A stretch of 58,505 nucleotides of DNA. Source: Parcubacteria group bacterium GW2011_GWD2_38_12. GTDB taxonomy: Bacteria; Patescibacteriota; Minisyncoccia; GWC2-36-17. The stretch spans positions 5,557 through 64,061 of the forward strand of contig LBUA01000002.1 in NCBI GenBank assembly GCA_000992345.1, given 5' to 3'. The translations under genes were made by a program, and so were the position numbers. The notes beneath the pieces were generated by a model that had not been told where the DNA came from, did not search any database, and worked only from the letters and a program-made list of their open reading frames with translations. Shown piece by piece: positions 55,330 to 58,505 of this stretch. Every line of letters starts with the position of its first letter. Position 1 is the stretch's first letter.

Positions 55330-57117
55330 ATGCTTACTCCTATCGAAGAAGTCAAATCCCGCCTTGATATTGTGGAGGTTTTATCCGGATACATAAAACT
55401 TTCAAAAGCCGGATCTAATTTTAAAGCGGTTTGCCCGTTTCATTCGGAAAAAAGCCCTTCTTTTATGGTGTCTCCGGCACGCCAAATCTGGCATTGTTTT
55501 GGTTGCGGTGAAGGCGGAGATATTTTTAAATTTGTGATGAAAATAGAAGGTTTGGAATTCGGCGACGCCTTGAGAAATTTGGCTCAGCGAGCCGGGGTGA
55601 TTTTAAAAAGAGAAGATCCGCAGATTAGAACGGAAAGAAATAAACTTTTGGATATTTGCAGGGCCGCGACTGAATATTTTAGGAAAAATTTAGAGCAAAA
55701 TAACGAAGTAAAATCATATTTAAAAAAGCGCGGATTAAAAGACGAAACTATTGATGAATTTAAAATTGGATATAGCCCGGATTCTTCTTGGGACGGGCTT
55801 TTGAAATTTTTGGCCGCCAAAAATTTTCAGCCACAAGATATAGAAAAAGCCGGCCTTGCGGTTAAAAGCGAAAAAAATTCCACAGGATATTTTGATAGGT
55901 TTCGCGGAAGGATTATGTTTCCGATAGCCAATTCCAGCGGTGAGATTATCGGATTTGGAGGGAGGATTTTTGAGGGGAAGAGTGAAGGTAAAAAAGTGAA
56001 AAGTGATGAAGCCAAGTATATCAATTCTCCCCAGACATTGATATATGACAAAAGCAGGGTGCTCTATGGTTTTGATAAAGCCAAGATAGATATAAGGAAA
56101 AATAATTTCACCGTTTTGGTGGAGGGATATATGGACTTGATAATGTGTCATCAGGCCGGAGTGAAAAATGCGGTTGCGGTATCGGGAACTGCAATGACGC
56201 GCGACCACCTGCAGATTTTAAAAAGATTAAGCGACAATATATATTTTTCTTTTGATATGGATAATGCCGGCGAGGCCGCAACCAAAAGGGCGATTGACGC
56301 GGCGCTTTCGGAGGAATTCAATATAAAAGTAATAATTGTTCCATCTGGCAAGGATCCAGCTGATTTTATTTTAGAGCATCCGGATAAATGGGAATATCAA
56401 ATTAAAAATGCCCGAGGATTTATGGAGTTTTATTTCGATAATGTTTTATCAAAAAACAATTTGGAGACCGCCCAGGGGAAAAAAGATGTATCTAAGATTT
56501 TACTTTTGCAAATAAAAAAAATAAAGAACAGGGTTGAGCAATCGCACTGGATTTCTCTGCTCAGCCAAAAATTAAAAATAAAACCAGAGGCGCTTGAAGA
56601 AGAAATTGCGAAAATTAAGACCAATGATTTTTTGGATTCAGACAGCGCGCGGCAAATTGTAAAAGAAAATAAGCAAAAACCCAGAGAAGAGCTTTTGGGA
56701 GAGCGCATTGTTGCTTGTGTGCTTAAAGATCCAAAATTAAAAAAAGATATTGTCGGCCTTGAAATTGAACCGATTTTATGCTATCCTTCCGGACAATTAC
56801 TTAGCATATTGCAAAAAGCCGAGGATGATCTTTTAGAGCAGATTAAAGAAGAAGCGGAACATCTTTTAGATTATGCAAACCAGCTTTTATTTTCTCTTGA
56901 TGCTATGGAGGAGATTGAGTCTTTGGAAGAAGAGATAAAATTCTGTTTGAAAGAATTTAAGATACATTTTCTCAAGGAACAATTAAATAAAATAAGTTTT
57001 CAAATACAGGAGGCCGAAGAGTCTCTTGATGAAAAATCACTTGCAACTTTAATGCAACAATTTAAAAATCTAAGTCAAGAGTTGCATCAAGCGCTTGATC
57101 CGCTCGTGACGGAATAA
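55330..57117 (+). CDS. dnaG: DNA primase DnaG
   Basis: Zinc finger CPFHSEKSPSFMVS...WHCFGCGEGGD, the RNA polymerase core and a Toprim domain VLVEGYMDLI...FDMDNAG. Confidence 0.95.
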   Translation: MLTPIEEVKSRLDIVEVLSGYIKLSKAGSNFKAVCPFHSEKSPSFMVSPARQIWHCFGCGEGGDIFKFVMKIEGLEFGDALRNLAQRAGVILKREDPQIRTERNKLLDICRAATEYFRKNLEQNNEVKSYLKKRGLKDETIDEFKIGYSPDSSWDGLLKFLAAKNFQPQDIEKAGLAVKSEKNSTGYFDRFRGRIMFPIANSSGEIIGFGGRIFEGKSEGKKVKSDEAKYINSPQTLIYDKSRVLYGFDKAKIDIRKNNFTVLVEGYMDLIMCHQAGVKNAVAVSGTAMTRDHLQILKRLSDNIYFSFDMDNAGEAATKRAIDAALSEEFNIKVIIVPSGKDPADFILEHPDKWEYQIKNARGFMEFYFDNVLSKNNLETAQGKKDVSKILLLQIKKIKNRVEQSHWISLLSQKLKIKPEALEEEIAKIKTNDFLDSDSARQIVKENKQKPREELLGERIVACVLKDPKLKKDIVGLEIEPILCYPSGQLLSILQKAEDDLLEQIKEEAEHLLDYANQLLFSLDAMEEIESLEEEIKFCLKEFKIHFLKEQLNKISFQIQEAEESLDEKSLATLMQQFKNLSQELHQALDPLVTE

Positions 57118-57170
57118 TGTTTAATATCTTGCAGTTTTCTGCGGGAGAATTCTTATTTTTAATAGTGAAT

Positions 57171-57206
57171 ATCTCCGCCAAATGTTAATTAACTTTTGGC
57201 GGAGAT
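57171..57206. repeat. hairpin with tccgcc/ggcgga clamp after dnaG
   Basis: atctccgccaaa-atgttaattaac-tttggcggagat. Confidence 0.7.
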
Positions 57207-57267
57207 AAAAATATTGAATTAGAAATGGCTTTTGAGATATTTCATAATTCAATGTTAAAAAAATATA

Positions 57268-58505
57268 ATGCCTAAAAAATTAAAAAAAGTCCGCCGGCGC
57301 AGATTCAAAAAGTCCGCCAGAACCGTTAAAAAATCAATCAAAAAGAAAACAGCGAAAAAGAGGAAGAAGCCGTCTCGCAGAAAAGCAAAAATAATTGTTC
57401 CTATGCAACTTTCCAAAAAGGAACAGGCAGCATATGAATCCGCAATCGAGCAATTGGTAACTCGCGGCAGACAGCGCGGGTTCGTGACTTTTTCGGAAAT
57501 AATTCAATTATTGCCGCAGATTGAGCGAAATATCGCTCTTCTTGAAGATTTATATTCAAAAATTGAGGCAGAAAATATCACTTTGCAGGAAGCAAAAGAA
57601 TTATTGGAATTGGAAACTGGAAAAGAAACAGAGGCTTCCGAGGCTAAGCGCGCCAAAGCGCTGGATGTTGATCAATTGTCGCAAGATTCTGTGCAGATGT
57701 ATTTGCGCGAGATCGGTAAAATCTCTCTGATTAACGCCGAGGAGGAAAGGGAGCTGGCAAAACGAATTGAAGGCGGCGATGAAGAGGCGCGAAAGAAAAT
57801 GACGCAGGCGAATTTGCGACTCGTTGTGTCTATTGCCAAAAGGTATATCGGCCGCAGTCCGCATTTGACTTTGCTAGATTTGATTCAGGAAGGGAATATA
57901 GGCCTCTTTAAGGCAGTGGAAAAATTTGATTATCGCAGAGGATTTAAATTCTCCACATATGCTACCTGGTGGATTAGACAGGCCATCACCAGGGCTCTCG
58001 CCGATCAAGCGCGCACTATTCGCATACCCGTGCATATGGTGGAGACGATTTCTAAATATACGCAGATTAAAAGAAGAATGCTTCAGGATTTGGGCCGCGA
58101 GCCATTGTCTGAAGAAGTGGCAGCGGAAATGGGCATTGAGGTGGAGAAAGTTCGCCATATTCAAAAAATCGCTCAAGAGACGATTTCCCTCGAAACACCG
58201 GTGGGAGATGATGATGAAGATAGCGCGATTGGTGAATTTATTGAGGATGAAAAAGAGATTATGCCTCATCAGGCCGCTGCGCGGCATATTTTAAAAGATC
58301 AGATTGGCGGCATTTTGAACGATCTTTCTCCGCGCGAGCAAAAGATTTTGAGATTGCGTTTTGGTTTGGATGATGGAGTGACCCATACTTTGGAAGAAGT
58401 TGGCAAGGAATTCGGCGTAACTCGCGAGAGAATCCGCCAGATTGAAGCAAAAGCTTTAATGAAGATTCGTCAACATAGTCATTTGAAAAAATTGGAAGGA
58501 TACTA
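57268..58505 (+). CDS. rpoD: RNA polymerase sigma factor RpoD (3' end outside window)
   Basis: Open frame to the window edge, absent from the ORF track because no stop is reached. Basic N-terminus, then [16 protein letters not shown], region 2 [11 protein letters not shown]...[36 protein letters not shown], and region 4 [22 protein letters not shown]. Confidence 0.93.
   Translation, partial: MPKKLKKVRRRRFKKSARTVKKSIKKKTAKKRKKPSRRKAKIIVPMQLSKKEQAAYESAIEQLVTRGRQRGFVTFSEIIQLLPQIERNIALLEDLYSKIEAENITLQEAKELLELETGKETEASEAKRAKALDVDQLSQDSVQMYLREIGKISLINAEEERELAKRIEGGDEEARKKMTQANLRLVVSIAKRYIGRSPHLTLLDLIQEGNIGLFKAVEKFDYRRGFKFSTYATWWIRQAITRALADQARTIRIPVHMVETISKYTQIKRRMLQDLGREPLSEEVAAEMGIEVEKVRHIQKIAQETISLETPVGDDDEDSAIGEFIEDEKEIMPHQAAARHILKDQIGGILNDLSPREQKILRLRFGLDDGVTHTLEEVGKEFGVTRERIRQIEAKALMKIRQHSHLKKLEGY

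Overview
AT-rich bacterial chromosome segment, roughly 30-38% G+C by manual counts on sample stretches. Gene content and style look like a Candidate Phyla Radiation / Patescibacteria (Parcubacteria-like) genome. It is compact and mostly housekeeping: pyk (partial), valS, ftsH, rluD-like, rmuC, rplU, recR, dnaB, corA, a U32 peptidase, archease-rtcB, lemA-htpX, dnaG and rpoD (partial). A CIRCE/HrcA heat-shock regulon is present (groES-groEL, hrcA-grpE-dnaK, dnaJ, htrA, hsp20). There are also a P-type ATPase with a CaCA exchanger, a two-component system, a GGDEF protein, two GT2 glycosyltransferases and pilM, plus many secreted, membrane or orphan ORFs. I support seven tRNA or tRNA-like genes.

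The stand-out locus is 12639-12915. Three tRNA cloverleaves are nested inside one another. A complete tRNA-Val(GAC) sits inside the anticodon loop of a second tRNA-like gene, which sits inside the anticodon loop of a third. Each interruption is bounded by the same perfect 8-bp inverted repeat, ccctcacc/ggtgaggg. I cannot reconcile this with group I or bulge-helix-bulge introns. An archease-RtcB RNA ligase pair is encoded 29 kb away.

Other accessory or odd features:
- A roughly 165-nt structured-RNA-like element in two copies, one directly upstream of the tRNA nest.
- A sharply GC-enriched orphan gene with its own near-consensus promoter and terminator, next to an NYN-domain gene downstream of tRNA-Leu.
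- A 1.5-kb cassette bounded by perfect 42-bp inverted repeats that abuts tRNA-Ser and carries two GC-rich hairpins with CCCCAGA loops.
- A tRNA-Ile(UAU).
- GC-clamped palindromic elements.
- Word-like short tandem repeats that fill intergenic spacers and also occur in frame inside valS, the U32 peptidase gene and dnaG.
- A split between Shine-Dalgarno-less core genes and orphan genes with strong GGAGG sites.

No CRISPR array, transposase, integrase or rRNA gene was seen.
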